Made by a program: the position numbers and the translations under genes. The notes under the pieces were generated by a model that made no database searches, was not told the DNA's origin, and saw only the letters and a list, made by a program, of their open reading frames with translations. Positions 7,443 to 15,524 of a stretch of 19,528 nucleotides of DNA are shown here, in pieces; within the stretch, counting starts at the first letter, position 1; every line of letters starts with the position of its first letter. The DNA comes from Pseudomonadota bacterium (GTDB taxonomy: Bacteria > UBA10199 > 2-02-FULL-44-16 > JAAZCA01), in assembly GCA_043822785.1 (NCBI GenBank), contig JBDRBN010000007.1:1-19528 (forward strand), in the 5' to 3' direction.

Positions 7443-8231
7443 TCATATTTCAAGAACAAAAAGCTGAATCACGAACAGCACAACCTCTATTGTAATCAAA
7501 ATGATAACAGCCCACTCTAAATAGTTTGCATGTCTGTATTGCAATAACTCTGCGATAAGCTCAAGGTTTTCTTGTATCATCCTGAGCTTATAGTCAACAG
7601 TCTTGTAACGGTCTTTAAGCTCAAACATATCAACAGCTTCTCTGTACAATTTATCAAGGGCCTGGTCTTCCCAGGTTTCGTCGGGCTTATCCAACAGATA
7701 AAGGGAGGCCACCAAGTTCTGCTTGGTGGTGATGCATTGGCCAATAAATCTTTTGATATCAGAAGCTTTTCGTAAGAGTCGACCGCGAATTTTTAACGTT
7801 TGACCGATGTCACCGGTCTTACCCAACATTTCATTAACTTTGAATTCGAAATATTCAAGGGCTGTGGACTGGGCCAAGATAAACGCGAGAAGCTCTATGC
7901 GGTCCAGGGCAAGTGTGTCTATGGATGCCAGCTCGAATCCGACATAAATCTTGCCATCGCTCGATATTTCAACCCCAAAATCTTCGCTGGTGAGTATCTC
8001 GAGCTTCTCGCCAATTACTGTCTTTATCCTCTCAATTACAGCATTGCGGCGTGCAGCATCAACATTGAAGAAAATTATGGAGCCAAAGCGATAGATGAAG
8101 AAGTAGCTATTGTCGTCTTCTTTATAGATGAGTTTCGTTGCAGATTTTGCCAGCGCTTCAGATTCAAAGAGACGATCGATCTCTTTGAGCTTGAGCGTTT
8201 CTGTGAGATGATATGCATGAAAGATATACAT
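7443..8231 (-). CDS. RMD1/YagE (DUF155) family protein; start 8231 preferred over 8267
   Basis: FIYRFGSIIFFN, ILAQSTALEYFE, LLDKPDETWE, FELKDR, C-terminal LEWAVIILITIEV transmembrane segment. Confidence 0.85.
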   Translation of the reverse strand: MYIFHAYHLTETLKLKEIDRLFESEALAKSATKLIYKEDDNSYFFIYRFGSIIFFNVDAARRNAVIERIKTVIGEKLEILTSEDFGVEISSDGKIYVGFELASIDTLALDRIELLAFILAQSTALEYFEFKVNEMLGKTGDIGQTLKIRGRLLRKASDIKRFIGQCITTKQNLVASLYLLDKPDETWEDQALDKLYREAVDMFELKDRYKTVDYKLRMIQENLELIAELLQYRHANYLEWAVIILITIEVVLFVIQLFVLEI

Positions 8232-8351
8232 CAATAATAGCATACGCTGCGTGCGCAGGGAGCACAAGAGCGTTGGTTTAGAAGTGTGTCAGGGATTTGC
8301 TTGCCAAATAGGCGAAATTCGCAAATAAACCCCATAATACAGGAGGAATTT

Positions 8352-9689
8352 ATGAAGTTATCAGAACGAGGGGCGATGCGCTCTGCCATAGCTGACGGTG
8401 GGTTTCATGTGTATCCAGCAGGGCGGCTCATGGAGCTCGTGCTTGCAGGGCTTTCTGCCGATGATCTGCGCGGCGATTTTAACCCAGCCACAACTATCGA
8501 TAAGATGTCCCAAACAAAGGGGCCTGATGATCCTCTTGCTAGCAAACTCTTTCACCTGGATATAGATCTTCTCAAGTCTAGGCTTTCAACCATGGAGCCT
8601 GATTATGATATAGAAGGCGTATTCGACCGCATGATGCAAGCTGCGCCTGATATGGCAAAGCGCTACTATGGGATAGATGGATTTGAGCCATGTCGTCCAA
8701 AGATCGTAGAATACTTTTTTGAGGGATACAACGAACTCTATAAGGATGGTGATTGGTTTGCTTTTAACGTGAGCACGCCAGAGTCAAAGGAGCTAAGTGT
8801 TCCTGTGGGCACATATTTTAAACGAGATCAGGTTTCGCCCGGACACCCTGAAATGACTGCCATGCACGAGGCCAACCACGCCATGCAGGAGAGGGCTTTT
8901 ACGCCCGAAGGCGTGCACCATTATGTTCCATGGTTGGATGAGGGCCTTGCCGATGCCATGGCCCGCATGATGCTCGTACGCGCAACTAGCGACTGGACGC
9001 TCATGAGCAAACTCAAGCGGTTTAAGTCTGAACTGGAGGTTACTGATCCGCGCAAATCCACTTATCATTTTGGCGAAGAAACAGCCATCCTCATGCTCAT
9101 GCGCGGGAGGATTCCCTTCATAAAAGCTTTTATGGCCGCGCGCAGGCGCGAGCCTTACTCCATAGACTACAATTTTTTGGGCGAAGCCATAAAAGAGGGT
9201 GTGGATCCACACGTGGCAGTGGTGCAGGCATACAAGGGTGATCAGGAGCGGTCGTTTTTAAAGAGGATCGAGCGTGATGAGACAAAATTCAGAAAGGATG
9301 CAGACCTGGATGGCACTGATCTAAAAGTGCTTTCCATGTTCATGGCTAGCGAGCGTCCAGCATGCATTTCGCCTGCAGAGTACAAGGCAGCATTATGGAT
9401 TACTGAAGAAGTCAAAAAGACTCCATGCGAACATTGGGTGCCTGGTGAAAACAGCCTTGTCCCATGTTCTTCTGTAGGTGGCGATGTGTGGAAAAAGACC
9501 GCGGGCCTTGAGACAAAAATTGTAGTTAAGGATTCGAGCGTTCCTTTTGAACTTAAGGATGGGATTGCAAAGCTTACGGCAAAATACTTCATACTCAAGA
9601 AAACAATTGGGGATGAGCTGGTCTATGAACCCTATGGCGGAGGATTGCCGTATAGGTTGGGGACAGGGGAGATCAGGTGCACATACTAA
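8352..9689 (+). CDS. Hypothetical protein with gluzincin-like zinc-metallopeptidase motif
   Basis: AGGAGG at 8341-8346 before ATG 8352; HEANH (8865-8879) followed 20 residues later by the E of WLDEGLAD; no signal peptide seen. Confidence 0.6.
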   Translation: MKLSERGAMRSAIADGGFHVYPAGRLMELVLAGLSADDLRGDFNPATTIDKMSQTKGPDDPLASKLFHLDIDLLKSRLSTMEPDYDIEGVFDRMMQAAPDMAKRYYGIDGFEPCRPKIVEYFFEGYNELYKDGDWFAFNVSTPESKELSVPVGTYFKRDQVSPGHPEMTAMHEANHAMQERAFTPEGVHHYVPWLDEGLADAMARMMLVRATSDWTLMSKLKRFKSELEVTDPRKSTYHFGEETAILMLMRGRIPFIKAFMAARRREPYSIDYNFLGEAIKEGVDPHVAVVQAYKGDQERSFLKRIERDETKFRKDADLDGTDLKVLSMFMASERPACISPAEYKAALWITEEVKKTPCEHWVPGENSLVPCSSVGGDVWKKTAGLETKIVVKDSSVPFELKDGIAKLTAKYFILKKTIGDELVYEPYGGGLPYRLGTGEIRCTY

Positions 9690-9693
9690 AAAA

Positions 9694-9767
9694 TGCGAGA
9701 TCGGCGAGACACGCGAGAAAGGCCAGCAACGTGTCTCGCGTTTCTCGCATGTCTCGCATTTCTCGCG
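9694..9767. repeat. Inverted array of 9-bp units between convergent genes; possible bidirectional terminator or stabiliser
   Basis: tgcgagatc ggcgagaca cgcgagaaa ggccagcaa cg tgtctcgcg tttctcgca tgtctcgca tttctcgcg; right end abuts the stop codon at 9768-9770. Confidence 0.85.
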
Positions 9768-10580
9768 TTATTGTATTGGTCCCATCGTAAACTCATCCCT
9801 CAGTACACCATCTCGATCAACGATCTTAGCCGCAATTTGTTTGCCATTAACATCGATCAGCATGAAGTGATTGAAAGCGCTATACAGGGGTGCGCCAGCC
9901 CCGCCAGTTACCACATAGCGCACACCGTCTTTATCCAGCCGCTTGTAGGTATGTTCGTGCCCTGCAAACACAATATCCACGGCGCTTTGCACAAAGAGCC
10001 TATGCAAGGCATCCCTTAGCTTTGGATACTTATCCATAGATTTTTTCCAGTAAGAAGTGCCCTGCCATAAGAAGAGAGGGTGATGTAGAAATACGAACTT
10101 GTGATCATATCCCTTTTTGGCAAGCACGCGCTTAAGCCATGCGAGCTGCCTGCCCTCTATCTTTTGATCATGGTCAGGCTCACAGGAATTTAACACGACA
10201 AAGAGGTTATTATTATAGACGATGCTGTAGTATGTTTCATTGCCTGGAAAATTGACCTGATCCTTCCAGACCTGAGCGCTTTTTTTATCGTCTATGTCGT
10301 GGTTTCCTGGCGTAAGATAATATGGAACAGTTATGGGCTTTGAGAGGTTCCAAAAGTTCTGCCACTGTTTCACATTGCCTGGATTAGGTATAATATCGCC
10401 TGTGTTAAAGACAAGGTCCGGCTTTCTTTTCATCGTGCCTTCAACGATCTTTTTATAGACGCGATCTCCAGACCGATTATCACCGATGATAGCAAATCTA
10501 AAAGGCGATGATTTTGCCAGCGCGTTTGAACACAGGCAGAGTGCAATAAGAATCAGCAAAGATGTTTGAAACCTTTTCAT
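9768..10580 (-). CDS. Secreted calcineurin-like metallophosphoesterase
   Basis: Signal peptide (…SNALA); motifs GDNR, GDII, GNHD, FLHHP, GHEH, VTGGAG. Confidence 0.92.
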   Translation of the reverse strand: MKRFQTSLLILIALCLCSNALAKSSPFRFAIIGDNRSGDRVYKKIVEGTMKRKPDLVFNTGDIIPNPGNVKQWQNFWNLSKPITVPYYLTPGNHDIDDKKSAQVWKDQVNFPGNETYYSIVYNNNLFVVLNSCEPDHDQKIEGRQLAWLKRVLAKKGYDHKFVFLHHPLFLWQGTSYWKKSMDKYPKLRDALHRLFVQSAVDIVFAGHEHTYKRLDKDGVRYVVTGGAGAPLYSAFNHFMLIDVNGKQIAAKIVDRDGVLRDEFTMGPIQ

Positions 10581-10684
10581 GGATGCTCCGTTGAAGGCGC
10601 TAACTAGATGATGTTAAAGCATTTTAGTCAAGCAGAAGATAAGGCGCTACTAAGGCTTGCAAACTAGTTCTCTCGTGATACGTG

Positions 10685-10764
10685 CTGGTCACCGGTCACC
10701 GGTCACCGGTCACTGGTCACTGGTTACTGGTCACTGGTTACTGGTCACTGGTTACTGGTCACTG
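10685..10764 (+). repeat. Tandem 7-bp repeat, 11 full copies plus a partial
   Basis: ctggtca, 3 x ccggtca, then alternating ctggtca/ctggtta; ends 4 bp before the AGGAGG (10769-10774) of the next gene. Confidence 0.92.
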
Positions 10765-10778
10765 TTTTAGGAGGTGTT

Positions 10779-11741
10779 ATGCGTACGAAAACTATCATCT
10801 TTTTAGCGCTTATCTGTATTTTGTTCACAACAACTTCATGCGACTTACGAAGGGAAGCTTTGGGCTCAGAGAAGAACCCAATCGTTTTTTACTTTTTGCC
10901 TCTTAAGGGCGCTGAAGCTTTTAATAATAATGCGCCCCTGTTTGAAAAATTCATAAAGGAAAAGGCAGGGCTTGTGATAAAGGCAGTGGAAGCACCTGAC
11001 TTTATCGCCACTATAAAAGCGCTGGGGAAGAAAAAAGCAGACATCGCCTTCATGAACACCCTGGGTTATCTTTTGGCGCATGACTGGGCCAAAGCAGAGG
11101 CACACCTCATTCCGTTGTACGGCGATGTGTATTCATCCTACAGGGGTGAGATCATCGTTCGCGCTGATAGCAAAATCGACAAACTTTCAGACCTGGGCGG
11201 CAAGACCATTGCCTTTGCTGATCCATATTCCACCGGTGGCTATCTATATCCCCTCAAGCTTCTTCATGAACACAACGTAAAGCCAGCAAAAACGGTATTT
11301 GCAGGTGGACACAAAAAGGCTGTGGAGATGCTATATGATAAAGAGGTGGATGCAGCGGCAGTCTATCATACAAAGCCGTCGGATGAAGGGTTTGCGCGCG
11401 ATGCCCGCATGGAGATAGCAGATCTGCATCCGGACGTGATATCAAAGATAAAGATACTCGCGCTTACCGATGAGATACCAAACGGCCCCGTAGCCACTCG
11501 CTATGATCTTCCCGATGATGTAAGGGTTAAGCTGATCGGCGCTCTTATGGAGTTTGCAAGAACTCCCGAAGGCCGCAAAGCGCTTTTGGATCTGTACAAC
11601 ATCACAGGCCTTGCAATTGCGCGCGATGCTGAATACGACAGCGTGCGAAAGACATTGAAGGAGCTTAACAAGACAACACAGGAAGTTGTGCCAGGAGGTA
11701 TTTCGTTCTATAGGACGTGGATTGTACCCGGATTAGAGTAA
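10779..11741 (+). CDS. PhnD-family phosphate/phosphite/phosphonate substrate-binding lipoprotein
   Basis: AGGAGG RBS; hydrophobic leader ending TTSC (lipobox-like); DIAFMN, YRGEIIVRADS, DLGGKTIAFADPYSTGGYLYP, FAGGH, VDAAA, TDEIPNGP. Confidence 0.88.
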   Translation: MRTKTIIFLALICILFTTTSCDLRREALGSEKNPIVFYFLPLKGAEAFNNNAPLFEKFIKEKAGLVIKAVEAPDFIATIKALGKKKADIAFMNTLGYLLAHDWAKAEAHLIPLYGDVYSSYRGEIIVRADSKIDKLSDLGGKTIAFADPYSTGGYLYPLKLLHEHNVKPAKTVFAGGHKKAVEMLYDKEVDAAAVYHTKPSDEGFARDARMEIADLHPDVISKIKILALTDEIPNGPVATRYDLPDDVRVKLIGALMEFARTPEGRKALLDLYNITGLAIARDAEYDSVRKTLKELNKTTQEVVPGGISFYRTWIVPGLE

Positions 11742-11791
11742 AGAGTTAATACTAGATCAGAGAGAATTTCGAAATTAATAAAGGGGGCAAG

Positions 11792-12910
11792 ATGAACGAA
11801 CAGGGATCCTTGGCTAAGAAACTGGCAACTTTTGGCATTGCAGCGCTTTGTTTTGGTTACTTCGCATCATACGTGCCGTATTCGATGATGACAAAGATGA
11901 TTACCAAAGGCCTGTGCCTGGGACTTGACGGCAAAGGGCTTACAGGCTTTCAAATTCAACCCATTGCAGTGCTTGGCAGCTTTGTTGCCATGTACACGTT
12001 CATCTCGTTAAAGGGGTGGTGGAAGCACTGCACGCACTCTAAGATATTTGGCATATCTTTCCCGCGGCCACAGTGGTTTACGTTTCTTTCAGGCATATGC
12101 ACATCAGGTCAGATAATAACCACAACTCTTGCATATACGTTTGACGGCATAAGCATAGTCTTTGCAATGCTCCTCATGCGGGGCGGCGTGCTCATGATGG
12201 CTCCCATCATCGATCTGATCGTAAAGAAAAGAAGGCGGCACATATATTGGCCATCATGGATAGCTGCGGTGCTTGCTTTGTGTGCATTGCTGGTGGGCTA
12301 TTCTAGCAAGGCCGGAACGGCCCTGACTGTGATTGCCACGATAGATATTCTTCTCTATCTCACCGGCTATTTTTTCAGACTGTATATAATGAGCTCTAGG
12401 GCAAAGAGCGCTGATGCAGCAGAGAGAAAGCGCTACTTTGCCGAGGAACAGCTGGTGGCAAATCCCCTGCTGTTTTTTGCCCTTTTAATCGTCGGTCTAT
12501 TTGGAATGGGCAACGGCACAGGGACTATCACAGGACAAATCTGGTCAGGTTTTTCACAAATTCCGTTTCAAGGGTTTTTCATATACATCTTTTTGCTTGG
12601 CGTGTTTTCCTATGGAACCGGTCTTTTTGGCAGCCTCATTTATTTAGATAAGCGCGAAAATACGTTCACAGTACCGGCAAACCGCGCGGCCAGCGTAATC
12701 GCAGGCGTTGTCGCAACATATTTGCTCGCCATCTTCTATGGCCAGCGCTATCCCGGCACACACGAACTCGTGGGCGCTGCCATAATCATCGGTGCAATAG
12801 CGTTCCTCACTTACAGGCAGGTTGTTGAGAAGAGGGCAAAAACAGCGCAAGAAACCCTTCGACGTTGCTCAGGGCAAGCGCAAGCAACGCCAGCAACCCA
12901 AACAACATAA
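11792..12910 (+). CDS. Multi-pass integral membrane protein, possibly DMT/EamA-like transporter
   Basis: About ten hydrophobic segments in two halves; C-terminal ELVGAAIIIGAIAFL helix resembles DMT-superfamily ends; no ABC-permease EAA motif seen; last 21 residues repeat-derived. Confidence 0.6.
   Translation: MNEQGSLAKKLATFGIAALCFGYFASYVPYSMMTKMITKGLCLGLDGKGLTGFQIQPIAVLGSFVAMYTFISLKGWWKHCTHSKIFGISFPRPQWFTFLSGICTSGQIITTTLAYTFDGISIVFAMLLMRGGVLMMAPIIDLIVKKRRRHIYWPSWIAAVLALCALLVGYSSKAGTALTVIATIDILLYLTGYFFRLYIMSSRAKSADAAERKRYFAEEQLVANPLLFFALLIVGLFGMGNGTGTITGQIWSGFSQIPFQGFFIYIFLLGVFSYGTGLFGSLIYLDKRENTFTVPANRAASVIAGVVATYLLAIFYGQRYPGTHELVGAAIIIGAIAFLTYRQVVEKRAKTAQETLRRCSGQAQATPATQTT
12846..12905. 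repeat. Second composite repeat (9-bp units plus CCCTTCGAC…GCTCAGGG hairpin), inside a CDS 3' end
   Basis: cgcaagaaa [cccttcgacgttgctcagggcaag] cgcaagcaa cgccagcaa cccaaacaa; aligns with 1963-2022. Confidence 0.75.
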
Positions 12911-13044
12911 GGCCAAAGCACCCAGAGCCTTTCGAGCGCATCGCCATAACGTGGCCATAGCGCGTCACAATCGTTTCGATACTATTCAAAAAATAAGGGG
13001 AATTTGGGAAGCGGGGTCATCATACCCCTATTTGCCTGATAATA

Positions 13045-13073
13045 TTGTGAAGGATGATGCTGTATATTACAAT
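13045..13073 (+). promoter_or_regulatory. Putative sigma70-type promoter of the minor-pilin cassette
   Basis: TTGTGA (13045-13050), 17-bp spacer, TACAAT (13068-13073) in an AT-rich stretch 33 bp before ATG 13107. Confidence 0.45.
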
Positions 13074-13106
13074 ATATATGATGTAAAAGGTATACGTGTA
13101 ACTATT

Positions 13107-13646
13107 ATGAATCATAATTTGTTTTGCAATTTCCGCTCTAGATCTCAAAGTGGATTCACGCTGCTTGAGATCTTGTTGACGGTTGCGATTATAAGCATTT
13201 TCGTGATAGTTGCGACCGTTGCGGTGAGCGCTGCGCTCACGTCGTTTTGGCTAAACGGGGCAACTTCCAAGATGCTGGCAGACATAAGATACGCGCAGCA
13301 ACAGGCCAGGGCGAGAAATGGTTGGTATGGCATTAGATTTCAGGCAAATCCCGTGAACCGCTACAACGTCTATAGCACTGATGGCTCAAGCGACACAGAC
13401 GTCCCTGATCCTGCAAATCTATCCCAAGTGTTGGATGTTGACGTGGCTGCCGATTTCGGAGGGATCAGGATAACCAGTGTGGCGATAGCAGCGGGCAATA
13501 AGGCGGAGTTCAATCCAGTGGGGGTGCCCTATGATGACGCGTTGGGCTCTCCATTGTTAAATGACGCGACAATTATTTTGTCATTAGGTGGGTCGACTAG
13601 GACGATAAAAATAATCAAGAATACAGGAAGGGCGGAGCTGCAATGA
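13107..13646 (+). CDS. Type IV minor pilin/pseudopilin, FimT/GspH/MshC-like; start 13107 rather than 12822
   Basis: Class III signal RSQSG|FTLLE; KMLADIRYAQQQA helix; FNPVGVP; IIKNTGR C-terminus typical of FimT/GspH. Confidence 0.85.
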   Translation: MNHNLFCNFRSRSQSGFTLLEILLTVAIISIFVIVATVAVSAALTSFWLNGATSKMLADIRYAQQQARARNGWYGIRFQANPVNRYNVYSTDGSSDTDVPDPANLSQVLDVDVAADFGGIRITSVAIAAGNKAEFNPVGVPYDDALGSPLLNDATIILSLGGSTRTIKIIKNTGRAELQ

Positions 13647-14041
13647 GGTGTATAGCAAATAAAAGGGGTTTTTCGATTATAGAGCTGGTATTGGTCATCG
13701 CGATCGTAGGCATTGCCTTCGGCGGTTTGAGTGTTGTTTTGTCCAACACCACCAAGAGCAACATAGACTTGGACCTAGCAAACACTGCTATCTTTTTGGC
13801 ACGCGAGAAGATGTCAGAGACAATGGCAAAGGACTTTGCATCAATAGTAGCTGTTCCCAACACTAACTTTGGGGGTGATTTTAACAGCTACAACTATCAG
13901 ATCAATGTTGACTACGTTGATTCTTCTGATCTGAATACGGCAGTGGTGGGGCCCACGTCGTACAAGAGGATAGTTGTGACGGTGAGCGCGACCGGCTGGT
14001 CTGGAAACATAACGCTTAATAACCTGAAGACGAACATATGA
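13643..14041 (+). CDS. Type IV minor pilin, PilV/GspI/MshD-like
   Basis: KRG|FSIIE prepilin motif; AIFLAREKMSE; YKRIVVTVS; ATGA overlap with upstream gene. Confidence 0.85.
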   Translation: MRCIANKRGFSIIELVLVIAIVGIAFGGLSVVLSNTTKSNIDLDLANTAIFLAREKMSETMAKDFASIVAVPNTNFGGDFNSYNYQINVDYVDSSDLNTAVVGPTSYKRIVVTVSATGWSGNITLNNLKTNI

Positions 14042-14502
14042 AGAAGCGCGGTTTTTCAGTGGTGGAGTTTATAATGACAATTGCAGCGGGCGCTATTGGG
14101 GCGCTGATGATTTGGGGTCTGTTTGGTCCTGTGGACAACTGGATGTTCACGCAGCGCAGGCGTTTGGGTTTTAGCGAGAACTCAGCAGCTATAACCAGAA
14201 TGGTGAAAGAGATAAGGCGGGTGAAGGCGCCAGGGCAGATACTTACATTTACGGCTGACCATTTTAAATTTGTGGACATCGACAACAACACCATTGACTT
14301 TCAGCTGTCTGGTACAGACTTCATGCGGGACACAGACGTGCTTGCGCGCAATGTCCAGAATATAACTTTTACGTATCAGGACAAGGATGGCAATGTCGCT
14401 GCTGTGGCGAGTCAAATTAGGGTTATTAAAGTGAAGCTTGTTACGACTTCAGGAAATCAGACAATCGCGCTCGAGACAGCGGACAGGATAAGGAATTTGT
14501 GA
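14038..14502 (+). CDS. Type IV minor pilin, PilW/GspJ/MshO-like
   Basis: KRG|FSVVE; AITRMVKEIR; LARNVQNITFTY; IRVIKVKL…IRNL; ATGA overlap. Confidence 0.82.
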   Translation: MKKRGFSVVEFIMTIAAGAIGALMIWGLFGPVDNWMFTQRRRLGFSENSAAITRMVKEIRRVKAPGQILTFTADHFKFVDIDNNTIDFQLSGTDFMRDTDVLARNVQNITFTYQDKDGNVAAVASQIRVIKVKLVTTSGNQTIALETADRIRNL

Positions 14503-15524
14503 TGAAGGTGCATAGCCAAAACAATGGTTTTGCCATATTGGCGGTTGTCTTTATACTCGTGATCCTCGCCATGTTGGGGATGGCCTCGGTTGCGCTGGTC
14601 TCGAGTTCTGCCGGTGCGGTCATGGACGAGATAAAGAGCGAGCAGGCTTTTGATCTGGCTACGGCAGGGCTGGCATATGAGGCAAAGGTGTTGGAGGGGG
14701 ACAAGGACTGGACGGACAACACCGGCTACACCATAAACTTTGGTCAGGGCTCGTTCACCATATCTTACGTAAACCTGGCAGTAGACACCGCCACGGTGAA
14801 ATGCGACGGAGTCGTGGACGACATCACACGCTCGGTTCAGCAGGATTTTACTGCCGGTGCCGGCAGCTTGCCAAAGGCATTTCAAAAGGCCATCTACACT
14901 GAAGGGGAGATAGACGTTGGCGGATCGTCCTCAGGTAATGTTTACGGAGATGTGAGCGCAGGCAGTGGGGTTGATGATGACGAGGGCGTAACTTTTCACG
15001 ACGATATCGAAGAAAACAATCCGGATGCTGAGATACCCACGCCCATTTGGAGCTTTTGGCAGTCAATCGCAGACCACGTCATCACCGGCAATAAAACATT
15101 TGCATCCGGAACATACTCCGGGGTCTATTACATCACGGGAAATGTGACGTTTAATAATAATGTAACGCTTACGGGAACCATAGCAGCGTTGGGAACGGTA
15201 ACTATAAACGGCCAGTCAAATATCACCATCACGGCTGTAGCGCCATATCCTGCTATCATTGCCGGCAATAGGATCAAGATCAACGGCGGCTCTAATATTG
15301 TGATAAACGGCTACATAATCACTGTGAATGAAATTGATATAACAGGAAACGCGGGCATAATCATCAATGGCGGCCTGGTCGCTGTGGGCGAGGTAGATGT
15401 TGGGGGTAATGCCGATATTGAACTTACTGCTGACGAGAGTTACTCACCCGGCATAGACGGCTTTAGCGGTGGCGAGCCAGGCGAGGGTGGCATTGGTTTG
15501 ACCAACTGGGTAGAGGTCTTCTAA
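14499..15524 (+). CDS. PilX/GspK/MshP-like minor pilin with C-terminal beta-solenoid-like domain
   Basis: NNG|FAILA lacking Glu5 (PilX/GspK trait); EQAFDLATAGL PilX-type motif; C-terminal I/V-T-G-N-rich repeats; GTGA overlap (ATG 14502 is an alternative start). Confidence 0.78.
   Translation: MMKVHSQNNGFAILAVVFILVILAMLGMASVALVSSSAGAVMDEIKSEQAFDLATAGLAYEAKVLEGDKDWTDNTGYTINFGQGSFTISYVNLAVDTATVKCDGVVDDITRSVQQDFTAGAGSLPKAFQKAIYTEGEIDVGGSSSGNVYGDVSAGSGVDDDEGVTFHDDIEENNPDAEIPTPIWSFWQSIADHVITGNKTFASGTYSGVYYITGNVTFNNNVTLTGTIAALGTVTINGQSNITITAVAPYPAIIAGNRIKINGGSNIVINGYIITVNEIDITGNAGIIINGGLVAVGEVDVGGNADIELTADESYSPGIDGFSGGEPGEGGIGLTNWVEVF

Noticed and set aside
8286..8351. Longer GTG start for the HExxH protein
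   Set aside because: ATG 8352 has a strong AGGAGG; the extension lies in the divergent control region.
10685..10764. Possible CRISPR array (also considered for 3453-3532, 5875-6030 and 9694-9767)
   Set aside because: Units are 7-9 bp and contiguous with no unique spacers; no cas genes in the window.
10682..10906. ORF with VTGH/LVTGY repeats
   Set aside because: Translation of the heptamer VNTR; overlaps the PhnD-family gene out of frame.
11765..11776. Perfect 12-bp palindrome aatttcgaaatt before the membrane-protein gene
   Set aside because: Single short AT-rich palindrome; could be an operator but cannot be distinguished from chance.
12822..13106. 95-residue N-terminal extension of the first pilin in the ORF track
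   Set aside because: It overlaps the upstream CDS, the repeat (PFDVAQGK) and the candidate promoter; the prepilin motif fits a start at 13107.
12911..13106. Possible tRNA, riboswitch or other ncRNA in this long intergenic gap
   Set aside because: No cloverleaf or recognisable riboswitch motif; only a short ggggt/acccc stem. An Rfam/Infernal scan would be needed to exclude it.
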